From positions 1-64,000 of IMG/VR virus record IMGVR_UViG_3300035698_024657: a stretch of DNA of 64,000 nt; one strand, given 5' to 3'. The notes under the pieces were generated by a model. The model saw only the letters and a list, made by a program, of their open reading frames with translations, was not told where the DNA came from and ran no database searches. Shown here piece after piece: positions 17,906-27,245 of the stretch. The position numbers and the translations under genes are program-made. Numbering within the stretch: position 1 is the first letter of the stretch; each line of letters opens with the position of its first letter. Origin of the DNA: a virus.

Positions 17906-18068
17906 TCCTTGTCCTACTTGTAATCATACTGAGTTAGAAGTACGACAAGGGTGGTGCACTTATTATGTTTACTGTACACACTGTAATACAAGTGGACCAG
18001 AAGATACTAATAAAGTGCGCACAATCCGAGAATGGAATAAAATAAGAGAAAGGGTTACCCATGAATAA
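17859..18068 (+). CDS. Lar-like Zn-ribbon protein
   Basis: PCPTC...YVYCTHC..SGP...WN. Confidence 0.6.
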   Translation: MTAHLCVYLDSLMQIDPCPTCNHTELEVRQGWCTYYVYCTHCNTSGPEDTNKVRTIREWNKIRERVTHE

Positions 18069-19029
18069 GGAAGAGTGGCGGGAGAAATTAGAAGAACGTG
18101 GCGAGAGTGTACTGATTGATGGAATTTCAAAATATCAGCATGTTTCCCGCATTACTAATGATGAAACTGAAGGATTACTCGACGGCGAAGTAATCGTACA
18201 GAATAAGATTGATGGTGCAAACTTTAACGTGGCATGGACCTCGGAACGCGGCCACATTATTGCATCGAGGAATAGCGCTAAAAGTCTTGGTGGTGAGCCT
18301 AAAGTAGGTTTTCGCGGTGCAGTAGAATACTGTCTAAATCATCCCGGTATAATGCTCATTAGTAAAAGATTCATTCTTCGCGGTGAATGGTTAGTAAGGC
18401 ATAGTCTAAATTATCCAAAAGACAGTATGCACCACTTCTACGTATTTGATGTGCAACGATATGAGGATCATTCATACTTACATCCAGATGCATATATCCC
18501 GCTATTAGAAAAATACAGTATTAGGTATATTCCGATACTCGCAAGATTGACAAACCCCTCAATAGAAGAATTGACTAAATTAGTCGAGGGTCCGGATGAG
18601 TTTGGTGCAGAGCAAAAAGAAGGCATCGTAATTAAACGATACGACTTCGTCAATAAGTATGAGCGTGTGCAATGGGGTAAAATCATTCATCCATCTTTTG
18701 AAATAAAGAATAAGCTTGTATTTAAGCCGAAGAATGCGGATGACATTACAATCAAATTCGCATCCGAAACCGTTACGCAACATTTAGTACTAAAGACGAT
18801 TGAAAAAGTTAAATCAGAAGATCCTGATGGAAATATCAACATTAAACAAATGGCTCAAATCTTGGGCTTAGTTTGGTACGATGTGTTTCACGAAGATTTA
18901 TGGAACTTTGTACGTGATCAAAAAGTAAGTGATTTCAATTTCCACGATGCAAGGAAATTAGTCTATCAGGCTACTCGAGAAATAGCGGTGGCATATTTTA
19001 ATGGTACATTGGATACGCCCAAAGTTTAA
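18061..19029 (+). CDS. RNA ligase (Rnl2-like nucleotidyltransferase)
   Basis: KIDGAN, SRN, GEW, FYVFDV, EGIVIK, KII motifs. Confidence 0.85.
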   Translation: MNKEEWREKLEERGESVLIDGISKYQHVSRITNDETEGLLDGEVIVQNKIDGANFNVAWTSERGHIIASRNSAKSLGGEPKVGFRGAVEYCLNHPGIMLISKRFILRGEWLVRHSLNYPKDSMHHFYVFDVQRYEDHSYLHPDAYIPLLEKYSIRYIPILARLTNPSIEELTKLVEGPDEFGAEQKEGIVIKRYDFVNKYERVQWGKIIHPSFEIKNKLVFKPKNADDITIKFASETVTQHLVLKTIEKVKSEDPDGNINIKQMAQILGLVWYDVFHEDLWNFVRDQKVSDFNFHDARKLVYQATREIAVAYFNGTLDTPKV

Positions 19030-19285
19030 CTGGCCACAGAAGAAGAGACTTCCGAAATGGGTAAAAGGTAGAACATGGCCAAAGCGAAAATCACAAAGAT
19101 AGAAAGAATATTATGCAAACTTTCATTAATCCTAAGGTTATATTAGCCACTACTCACGAAGGCCATTTAATCGCACTGAAAAAAGAAGACAGTAGAAATG
19201 CGGAAATTCTATTTGAAATTGATTTTCCTTCGATAAAAGGGCATGATGTATGGTCAGAGATTGTTGATCATTTAATAAACGCTAA

Positions 19286-19825
19286 ATGAGATACGTAGTT
19301 ATAGATTTAGAGTGCACCTGCTGGGAACGTGGGGATAAAAATAGGCAACCTCACGAGATCATCGAAATAGGCGCAGCCTTCCTTGATGAAAAATATCAAC
19401 TTATCAAAACATTCTCACAATTCGTCAAGCCGGCGGATAATATAGAATTGACTGAGTACTGTACTGAGTTAACTACGATTACCCAAAAAGATATCAACAA
19501 CGCACCACCTCTCTCTGTCGCTGTAAGTAAATTAGAGGAATGGATGGGGCCCGTTGATGATATCACTTTCTGTTCGTGGGGGTATTTTGATAAAGCTCAA
19601 CTCATTGATGAGTGCAATTTGCACGGGATAACTTACCCATTTACAGATGATCATATTAACATTAAGACCAGATTTTCTGCAAAACTACAAAGAACAAAAA
19701 AGATTGGCGTAAAGAAGGCATTACGTATCCTTGGAATACCTTTTGAAGGTACTCCACATCGCGCGATTTCTGACGCAATAATGACCGCAAAGATATTTAA
19801 ATTTATTATGGAAATACCTGCATGA
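19286..19825 (+). CDS. DEDDh 3'-5' exonuclease (ERI1/KapD-like)
   Basis: IDLECTC, EIIEIGA, SWG.FD, HRAISDA. Confidence 0.9.
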   Translation: MRYVVIDLECTCWERGDKNRQPHEIIEIGAAFLDEKYQLIKTFSQFVKPADNIELTEYCTELTTITQKDINNAPPLSVAVSKLEEWMGPVDDITFCSWGYFDKAQLIDECNLHGITYPFTDDHINIKTRFSAKLQRTKKIGVKKALRILGIPFEGTPHRAISDAIMTAKIFKFIMEIPA

Positions 19826-20055
19826 CTACTAAAGAATTTGAAATACAATATGCTCTCGGAATACTGTCTGAAGACCAAAAATTTAAAATGGCCAAGAACG
19901 TACAGACTTCAAGACGTGTCTTATCTATTCTTGCTAATGATATTAACCTGGCCATCAGGATCAGGATACACGATAACCCCAATACTCCCTGGACTACGGT
20001 AAATATGATATGGAATCGAGACAGGATGCAGATAATGCAATCAGGATTAGTATGA
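19822..20055 (+). CDS. tag + LRV-repeat protein
   Basis: MTTKEFEIQYALGIL; LSILAND...IR....NPNTP. Confidence 0.7.
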   Translation: MTTKEFEIQYALGILSEDQKFKMAKNVQTSRRVLSILANDINLAIRIRIHDNPNTPWTTVNMIWNRDRMQIMQSGLV

Positions 20056-20603
20056 ATAAATCCGAAGCCGAAAACCCTTATGCACGGACACCATTACGTG
20101 TACGCGCTGTTGATGGTCCCACTTTTCCAATACATGCCCAAGAAGACGTGGATCTTGATTGTCTGGACCCAGAATTTCTCCACGTATGGTGTGACGGTGG
20201 AGGCAACTGCGGTCCTGCATCTTTGGGGGTAGTAGTCGTTGATAAGGGTACAGTAATTATGACATTCGGTATTTTTTTAGGCGCACATAACCAAACAAAT
20301 AATATTGCAGAATTGAATGCTATTTGGAAAAGTCTTCGACTCGTTAAACATTTATTTAGGCCAGTTAAAATTTATTCTGATTCGGCATATGCGATTAACT
20401 CAATTTGCGAAATATTTCACGGTAAAAAGAATAGAGAATTAATAGATAGTATAATTGATTATACTAAACAATATCCGGTTTCAGTAGAATTTGTCAAAGT
20501 ACGGGGACATTCAGGATTAATATATAATGAAATTGCAGATTCAATTGCGAGCTGGTTTTTAAGTGAACATAAAAACAAGAAGAAGGGAAGAAAAAGTAAA
20601 TGA
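20010..20603 (+). CDS. rnhA: ribonuclease HI
   Basis: WCDGG, TNNIAEL, IYSDS.YA, KVRGHSG..YNEIAD; start may be 20052. Confidence 0.9.
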   Translation: MESRQDADNAIRISMNKSEAENPYARTPLRVRAVDGPTFPIHAQEDVDLDCLDPEFLHVWCDGGGNCGPASLGVVVVDKGTVIMTFGIFLGAHNQTNNIAELNAIWKSLRLVKHLFRPVKIYSDSAYAINSICEIFHGKKNRELIDSIIDYTKQYPVSVEFVKVRGHSGLIYNEIADSIASWFLSEHKNKKKGRKSK

Positions 20604-21286
20604 GTCACTTCTATGTTTATATGTATTTAGACCAGAATAATGTTCCTTTTTATATTGGAAAAGGTAATGGTAATCGATACAAAGTGCAATCTCATTTACG
20701 CGAAGACCAGGCATTTCTAAAGAATAAGATCAATAAAGTAGGTAATTCTAATGTTAAGATCCACTTCCTCCATAAAGATATTTCTGAAGAAGAAGCTTTT
20801 CGTTGGGAGAGATACTGGATTAAGTACATTGGACGTAGAGATCTAAAAGAAGGTACTCTCTGTAACTTGACCGATGGTGGAGAAGGACAATCGGGTTTTA
20901 TTCATTCTGAAGAATCTAAACAAAAGATGCGTAAAGCTCATAAAGGTGAAAAGAATTCTATGTATGGTAAATCCCATACAGAAGTAGCGAAGCAAAAAAT
21001 GTGCACCATACACAAAGGTAAAACTCATTCTGATGAAACCCGCGAAAAGATGAGTAAATCCCAAAAAGGGCGAAAACATCCAGAAGGGACTAAACAGAAA
21101 ATGAGTAAAACTAAAAAAGGTAAAACTCATTCTGTTGAAACTAAACGAAAAATCAGCGATGCTACGAAAGGTAAGCGAATAGGTAAAAAGAACCCTATGT
21201 ATGGTAAACGACATACTCCAGAAACTCGGCAGAAAATGCGCAATGCTAAAGAAAAGAAGAAAAATGGGAAAAATGGAGCTGCGTGA
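20600..21286 (+). CDS. GIY-YIG homing endonuclease with NUMOD3 repeats
   Basis: FYVY...FYIGKG..R; NLTDGGEG; several HS.E.K.KMS repeats. Confidence 0.9.
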   Translation: MSHFYVYMYLDQNNVPFYIGKGNGNRYKVQSHLREDQAFLKNKINKVGNSNVKIHFLHKDISEEEAFRWERYWIKYIGRRDLKEGTLCNLTDGGEGQSGFIHSEESKQKMRKAHKGEKNSMYGKSHTEVAKQKMCTIHKGKTHSDETREKMSKSQKGRKHPEGTKQKMSKTKKGKTHSVETKRKISDATKGKRIGKKNPMYGKRHTPETRQKMRNAKEKKKNGKNGAA

Positions 21287-21602
21287 AATTGAAGTACAGC
21301 GGGCTTTGGGCCTAACCGAATTTTACTGGATTACATTATGGACAGGTATGGGGAAACGGGAAGAACATCTAAATTTGGATCAATTATTTCATGAAGTTTT
21401 TCCGGTAGCCGCGCGTTACGTAAATGGGCAATATACCTGTTTTTCTGTAGAATCCTCGCCTAAAGAGTTGAAAGTATTTACATCTCGTCTCCATAATGAA
21501 TTACATTCATTATATAAGCAATTACATATCAAGATATATAAAGGGGTCTCGGATAAGGGTGACCTTGTTTGCCATAAATGGATAGGATATAACGCATCAT
21601 GA
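21273..21602 (+). CDS. hypothetical protein with tag
   Basis: MELREIEVQRALGLT; start 21264 or 21273. Confidence 0.6.
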   Translation: MELREIEVQRALGLTEFYWITLWTGMGKREEHLNLDQLFHEVFPVAARYVNGQYTCFSVESSPKELKVFTSRLHNELHSLYKQLHIKIYKGVSDKGDLVCHKWIGYNAS

Positions 21603-21844
21603 AAGTACGCGGAGATGATCATCCAGGAATTTTGACTCTTGCCGAGATACAGGCACAATTAGCCGTAGGTTCCCTAGTTAAACGCGATTTGCATCGCATG
21701 GTACATGATTATGAGTGTTCTCGCTTCTATTTACCTGAAAACGTCGTAGCCTTCCTTGAAGGTTATTTCGGTAGAACTATTCGTAATAAGAATAAGTTTT
21801 ATTTTCGCGAAAAAGAGGAATCATCCGTAAAAGAACGGGATTAA
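21599..21844 (+). CDS. hypothetical protein with tag (last + strand gene)
   Basis: TLAEIQAQLAVGSL. Confidence 0.55.
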   Translation: MKVRGDDHPGILTLAEIQAQLAVGSLVKRDLHRMVHDYECSRFYLPENVVAFLEGYFGRTIRNKNKFYFREKEESSVKERD

Positions 21845-22099
21845 TTGACTTGAATTGCATTCTGGACAATGTTGAGATTCCTCTGTTACTATCGTATAGC
21901 TTACGATATGCGTCCAGTATCTTCCGCCCCTCTGCAACTTTGTAGGCTTCTGTACTGTTTTGAGCCCACCTAATGGTGTCACTAATCTACATTCTTCACA
22001 TAATACACATTTAATTGTGCCTAATGCGAGTTGGATTCTTATTTCTTTTTCTGTTAGTTTACCTTCTTCAGAAATCGAAGATTTTGTATTGGTAGTAAT
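21821..22099 (-). CDS. Zn-ribbon protein with tag and non-canonical (ATT) start (not in ORF track)
   Basis: Reads ..KLTEKEIRIQLALGTIKCVLCEEC...HCPECNSSQLIPFFYG*; AAGGAGG 8 nt before ATT. Confidence 0.6.
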   Translation of the reverse strand: MTTNTKSSISEEGKLTEKEIRIQLALGTIKCVLCEECRLVTPLGGLKTVQKPTKLQRGGRYWTHIVSYTIVTEESQHCPECNSSQLIPFFYG

Positions 22100-22682
22100 A
22101 CCCTCTCCCTCCTTTACCTAATATCAGCCCTACCGAGTGTTTCTTCCACGAAATGTCACCCATTAATACCACTTCTTCAAGATGATCCCATCCTACTCCT
22201 GCCGCGATTGCGAGCCCGAGCTTTTTCTTAAGCGGTTGATAATTTTCATTGAGAAGTATTGCAATTGGGCCCACATCAGGTATAGTAGTTACCTTAACTT
22301 TACGGAAATCACGCTTATCGGGGAATTCTAAGCTAACTGACAGACTACGGTGCTTAATGTCCCATTCCCATTGATCATTGCGCGTATTCACTGAAGCTAA
22401 ACCGTGTACGAGCGGAGTATCGAATGAGCTCTTATATGTACCGTAATGATGGATGACGGTAGTAGAATCGTCAACTACTATAGTATCTGCATCTGCGTAT
22501 ACTGTATCGCTTACTGTGATATACGTGGTATCAAATACTGTAAGAGGGATTTCGACTGTAACTGTATCGATTACTTGTTCAGACAGGGCCGTTTCTAAAT
22601 GGTCAATTTTACTTGTGGCCCAAAACCACCCACATGCGATGGCGATGATTAGTCCCACTAATACCCAACGTTCGAACGTCAT
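22068..22682 (-). CDS. membrane-anchored envelope protein (spanin-like?)
   Basis: N-terminal TM; DT-repeat linker; C-terminal beta strands ending in F. Confidence 0.55.
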   Translation of the reverse strand: MTFERWVLVGLIIAIACGWFWATSKIDHLETALSEQVIDTVTVEIPLTVFDTTYITVSDTVYADADTIVVDDSTTVIHHYGTYKSSFDTPLVHGLASVNTRNDQWEWDIKHRSLSVSLEFPDKRDFRKVKVTTIPDVGPIAILLNENYQPLKKKLGLAIAAGVGWDHLEEVVLMGDISWKKHSVGLILGKGGRGYYYQYKIFDF

Positions 22683-22741
22683 ATCTTTACCTTCCTATTT
22701 GGGCAGGCCCACTTTACTTTACTTTACTTCAGGTTTTGGCG

Positions 22742-23110
22742 TCAACGATTTTCTAATTGTATCGTTACTTTATCCAATTTACTGGTGACTTTGCGAAACT
22801 CGTGCATCTGTTCTTGTACGTGGGTTTTAAGATCAAGTAAATGTATATTTGACATCACTGTGTGTTCTGCTAATTTATCAATAGACTGCTTGATCTCTAC
22901 AAGGATCTTATTATTAAAATCTACATCTTTCGTCAATAGTGCTAAATGGACTGCAATGCGTTCTTGGATATTTTGTATATTTGCAGCTTTGCCATTTCCG
23001 CCATTTCTTTTTTCTTTTATACCATCATACGCTAACTTTGTACCCAAAGTTAGCACAGATGCGAACACACCTGTAGCAATTAGTGTCGGTAACTGCGCTG
23101 CAAATTCCAT
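22742..23110 (-). CDS. membrane protein with coiled coil (holin-like?)
   Basis: N-terminal TM helix followed by heptads; GGAG SD. Confidence 0.5.
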   Translation of the reverse strand: MEFAAQLPTLIATGVFASVLTLGTKLAYDGIKEKRNGGNGKAANIQNIQERIAVHLALLTKDVDFNNKILVEIKQSIDKLAEHTVMSNIHLLDLKTHVQEQMHEFRKVTSKLDKVTIQLENR

Positions 23111-23147
23111 ATTGTCTCCTCAAGAATGCGTGTAGGTTACCGATCAA

Positions 23148-23480
23148 TTATGCATACGTCCCATAAACAATGATTGAAGCGCCACCATCCTCATCATAAT
23201 ACGAAAGAGGTGCCATTACGGGCAGGGCGGTCTCGAGCATGTCAACATTTGGATAACTTCCAGAAGTAACATGATAAAACACGTCGTTATCTTTATCTCG
23301 TATCTGGAGCTCTCCACGATCGCCGGTAATTGCGCCACTCCAACCAATACCTGTAACCATTATAGTGCGGTCGGTAGCGTCTGCGCCTATAACTGTCCAT
23401 GCAGCAGCGGCACTTGAGGCCACTTTATTTGCGGGGCTATTAAAAAGGTCTCCATGACCATGCGCGTATATTATAGACAT
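23148..23480 (-). CDS. hypothetical beta-rich protein (possibly virion)
   Basis: 110 aa, Gly/Ala/Thr rich. Confidence 0.55.
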   Translation of the reverse strand: MSIIYAHGHGDLFNSPANKVASSAAAAWTVIGADATDRTIMVTGIGWSGAITGDRGELQIRDKDNDVFYHVTSGSYPNVDMLETALPVMAPLSYYDEDGGASIIVYGTYA

Positions 23481-23483
23481 TTC

Positions 23484-23795
23484 CTACTTCTCCGGATTTG
23501 TATGTGTATTATTATCATTATCATTTTCAACTATACCTGAACGATTCATTAATCTGTTTCGCAATTTATCAAGCCGTACTGGTGAAAAAATCTTTGCACC
23601 TACATTACCTGAAATATAAATGCCGAAGATCCACGCCCAAAACCAAAAAACTTGCTCGCCCGTGGCTTTGCCCGCAAAACACAATACAAGGGCGCCAAAA
23701 TAGAGTAGAGCAAAACCAACAAGCTTTCGCGTATTCCACTTGGACTCCGCCAGTTTTTGCCCATTAGTTTTTTGTTTTCTCCGGCGACGCGACAT
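23484..23795 (-). CDS. two-TM membrane protein (holin-like)
   Basis: TRKL + TM1, TM2 ending YISGNVGAK. Confidence 0.6.
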   Translation of the reverse strand: MSRRRRKQKTNGQKLAESKWNTRKLVGFALLYFGALVLCFAGKATGEQVFWFWAWIFGIYISGNVGAKIFSPVRLDKLRNRLMNRSGIVENDNDNNTHTNPEK

Positions 23796-23842
23796 GTACT
23801 TTTATCCCTATTTCTATATAGAAGTAGTTCACTTTAAACCAT

Positions 23843-25138
23843 TTAGATCAATTCGCCCAATGCCTGGTTTTCCACATAAGCATACGGTGAAGGACCAGCG
23901 GCGTCAATGTGCTGTACATTAATTTTATACCTGAACGTCATTCCACGTTTAGGGTGTACACCACAAAAATGTTGACACGCTTCAGAACTTGTAAACATTC
24001 TACCTACGCTAAACTCATTGCCACCAATAAGAGAGCCATTAATTACTAACTCACCTTTGACTCTGTCTAAAAGACCATAATTGTGGAAGTGGCCTAACAT
24101 GATATAATCAAAGTGCTGTTCCTTCGAAGCTAACAATTCCTTAAAGTTCGCCACCATACGTTGAATGCCATACCATGGAATACCCAGGTTCGACATAATA
24201 TTATCACCGTGTAGTAGTAGAAAATTATGATTATTGACCTCGTGAACATACCAGAAGCTTTTTGGAATAATAAATTTGACATTCTTCTGATTGACTAACA
24301 ATGCACTTAGCATCTGATAGCATATGTAGTCCCAATTAACATAACGTGCCTTAAACCTCGGTTTCTTATGTAACCGTCCATGATTGCCAATGACTCCAAC
24401 AAATTCAATTTCTTCGAATTCAACCGCTAATTCTCGGACCATCTGCGCAACTATGTACGCTAAATTCATGGTCCACTCGACTACGTTACCGTCAGCACTT
24501 TCAACCAGTTCCTCATGAATTGTACCTGAAACCCAGTCACCTAAACCCAGAATATGGAGCTTACGGAACTTATATCCCTGCAGCTTGTTCTGCGAAATGT
24601 CAACTACCGCCTCTACCAGAGCTTTCAAACGATGTGACATGATGTGGAAGTTATACTCATTCAATCCCGCAAGCTCTTCAGATTTAACCACTTCACCTGC
24701 GTGAATATCTCCAAGATTGAGGATAAGTTCCTCTTCAGATGGTTTGTCGAGTTCGGACGATCTGGGTTTAGGCGAAGATACTTCGGGAAAGGCATGAATA
24801 TGCTCTTGCACGTACTCAGTGAGAACCTCTTGAGTACTGGTCGCTTTAATTGCGTGCTTATATTTCTTTAGAAGGATACCCTTTTCAGCTTTCACGCGAG
24901 TAAGTTCAATGTCCTTCTTGACGATTGTTTTAGACTCTTCTACGGTAGGAATCGCAAACGTCCTTTCACATTCTGTGAGAGATAACCCTAAGCGCCCAAT
25001 TTTCCGTTCCACGGCATCGTATGTTCGCGCATTGCCAAACTTCACATTCATTTTAGCTAAAAAATCTTGGGGATGTTTACCCAGGGTCACTTGTTTGTCT
25101 AAATACTTCTCTTCGGGTACTGTCCATTTAATCGACAT
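23843..25138 (-). CDS. calcineurin-like metallophosphoesterase with N-terminal HTH-like region
   Basis: GDIHAG, LGDWVSG..H, GNHGR, LHGD, GHFH. Confidence 0.85.
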   Translation of the reverse strand: MSIKWTVPEEKYLDKQVTLGKHPQDFLAKMNVKFGNARTYDAVERKIGRLGLSLTECERTFAIPTVEESKTIVKKDIELTRVKAEKGILLKKYKHAIKATSTQEVLTEYVQEHIHAFPEVSSPKPRSSELDKPSEEELILNLGDIHAGEVVKSEELAGLNEYNFHIMSHRLKALVEAVVDISQNKLQGYKFRKLHILGLGDWVSGTIHEELVESADGNVVEWTMNLAYIVAQMVRELAVEFEEIEFVGVIGNHGRLHKKPRFKARYVNWDYICYQMLSALLVNQKNVKFIIPKSFWYVHEVNNHNFLLLHGDNIMSNLGIPWYGIQRMVANFKELLASKEQHFDYIMLGHFHNYGLLDRVKGELVINGSLIGGNEFSVGRMFTSSEACQHFCGVHPKRGMTFRYKINVQHIDAAGPSPYAYVENQALGELI

Positions 25139-25151
25139 ACATTACTTTCCT

Positions 25152-27236
25152 TTATTCAGCTATTTCCAGATTAAGGCCCAATGCTTTTGCAATTTCCTGC
25201 ACTTGATCGGGACGTAAATCCATATCATCGGTAATCCGTTTAATTTGTCGGAGAACCTCTAAATACTTGTACCTTTCAACAATTTTAAAGATGATGTTTC
25301 CTTTTGACCAATTACTATTTTCACCAATCAAAGAATCCTCATTATCGAATGCCTCTTGTCGTTTTTGCTTTAAGTTTGTATACTCTACCTTAAGTGCCTT
25401 TAATTCATCATCAATTTCACGTAATTTATCCGCAATTTGCGTATACCGAGTAGCGGCATTTTCTGGCGTAATTACTTCATTGAGTAATGCATAATCAATA
25501 ACGTTTTTACGTGCATCCGCAATATGTTGATTAATGCGGGCCATAAATTCTGCAGCTTCATCCAATGCAGGATCAATTACCTCTTCTGTTAAATTTACTG
25601 CCTTACCTGGAGGAATAAGCCACACATCGTGGCCCATATCATAAAGTTCTTCTTTTTGTTCAGTAAGTTTCTTTTCATCTCCAGGGGGCATCACATAATA
25701 CGTCAGAGGATGCTTTGTACCAGGCAATTGGATTTTATTTAATGTCCACCAAAATACGTCGTGGAGATCTTGCCACATTTCTTGGGGATCAGCCTTAGCT
25801 TTATCTGGATTAAGTGCAGCTAAATCTATCCAATCCACAATAACGTGTATATCAATATCAGAGGTATTATTATAGGAGTACGTCGCAGTAGACCCAGTAT
25901 AGAACATATTCTTAACCCACTGCTCGGGCTTAATATATCCGCCCATATACGCTACATAGGATAAAAAGTTTTCAATGATATGTAATTTTATATCAGGTTT
26001 CAGCATTGGTAAATCATCTCGACCGATATCCCAAATTGCGGGATCGAGAGTAGACCGGGGTTCATCTAAAATACTTGCAAGTCGCGCATTTTTAATGTGC
26101 ATAGGCTTTTGAAATATAACTTCAATATCGTCGGGGATAGTCTCCATCTCCTCATATTGAGTTGACTCAGTCACCTTTTCCCATACTCGCGTATATCCCC
26201 AATCATTTAATTCATTAATAATTGGCTGAAGTGTGACTACTGAGTCAAGTAATCTAACTTTACCTCCAGGAAGTAGTGCATTATCTATATTATGTGCAGC
26301 TTGTAAAAGTTGTGCTGCATACTCTTCCTTAGATATCCCCCTATATCCCAGATTACTAATTACATTACTCACATTGATAAAAGATTTAGGACTTAATTCT
26401 AGAGAAGTAGTTATATCCCCTTTATCTCCTTCTATATAAGGATGATCTGGGTATTCATCCATATCAGGACCATATAGATCTACAACTGTCAATCCTTTAT
26501 GAAATGGGGATTCACCGCCACCAAAATCATATCCCTCTATATCCGTTGGGACAGCTTTACGGTAAGCCGCATCATACTCTTCTGGAAATGCGCGCACTCT
26601 CCAATCATAGTCATACCTATCTTCTTTGTCCCCACTAATTTTCTTTATACTTGAGGTTACTTCATTGAGTGCGCCGCCCTTACTCGATTTTTCCTGGACT
26701 TCTTTTTCTTTTTTCTTGTTCCAGGAATGCGGGTAGTCGAGGGATTCTCTGATCGGGACTGCCATGGCAGCAGTTTTTTCAACTTGTTGAGTATCGCCAT
26801 CTTTACTCCTTAAATTCAACGCAATTACTTTACGTTTACGCATATTGAGACCTCTTTGCCTCTGATGGTACTCTGATAAGAAATCTTCATTGAAGTCGTG
26901 TACGAGATGTTCATCCGTAAATGGTAAACCCTTAAGAGGTCTTAACCAATTCGAAGGTTCAGGATAAATATTATCTACCTTTTTAGGATCGCCTGAGTGC
27001 CCTTGTCCACCCGTACCCGCTTCAGGTTGAGTTTCACCAGGAATAGGATCACGATCAAGTTCTGATGGAGTATGATAATCCTCCATCGTATGTTGCTCGC
27101 CACGAGGTTTAGTCCACGGCGCTTTTGGCGCAGTATGGGGCACAGGTCCAGATACATTAGACCCTGGATAAGTTGCCTCATCCCGTGGGGGATTATCCCA
27201 TGAAGTTTTTCGCATATTTAAATTACCTGCAATCAC
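25152..27236 (-). CDS. multidomain protein: SAM methyltransferase-like domain + Pol-beta-type nucleotidyltransferase
   Basis: YDFGGG...VVD...ALLPGGKVRLLD; TGSTATYSYNNTSDIDIH (GS..DxD). Confidence 0.65.
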   Translation of the reverse strand: MIAGNLNMRKTSWDNPPRDEATYPGSNVSGPVPHTAPKAPWTKPRGEQHTMEDYHTPSELDRDPIPGETQPEAGTGGQGHSGDPKKVDNIYPEPSNWLRPLKGLPFTDEHLVHDFNEDFLSEYHQRQRGLNMRKRKVIALNLRSKDGDTQQVEKTAAMAVPIRESLDYPHSWNKKKEKEVQEKSSKGGALNEVTSSIKKISGDKEDRYDYDWRVRAFPEEYDAAYRKAVPTDIEGYDFGGGESPFHKGLTVVDLYGPDMDEYPDHPYIEGDKGDITTSLELSPKSFINVSNVISNLGYRGISKEEYAAQLLQAAHNIDNALLPGGKVRLLDSVVTLQPIINELNDWGYTRVWEKVTESTQYEEMETIPDDIEVIFQKPMHIKNARLASILDEPRSTLDPAIWDIGRDDLPMLKPDIKLHIIENFLSYVAYMGGYIKPEQWVKNMFYTGSTATYSYNNTSDIDIHVIVDWIDLAALNPDKAKADPQEMWQDLHDVFWWTLNKIQLPGTKHPLTYYVMPPGDEKKLTEQKEELYDMGHDVWLIPPGKAVNLTEEVIDPALDEAAEFMARINQHIADARKNVIDYALLNEVITPENAATRYTQIADKLREIDDELKALKVEYTNLKQKRQEAFDNEDSLIGENSNWSKGNIIFKIVERYKYLEVLRQIKRITDDMDLRPDQVQEIAKALGLNLEIAE

Positions 27237-27245
27237 GTTTGCCGC

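Noticed and set aside
20890-21250. Repeat array
   Set aside because: Explained by NUMOD3 peptide repeats of the GIY-YIG endonuclease.
22068-23795. Complete lysis cassette
   Set aside because: Holin- and spanin-like calls rest only on hydrophobicity, and no endolysin is recognisable in the window.
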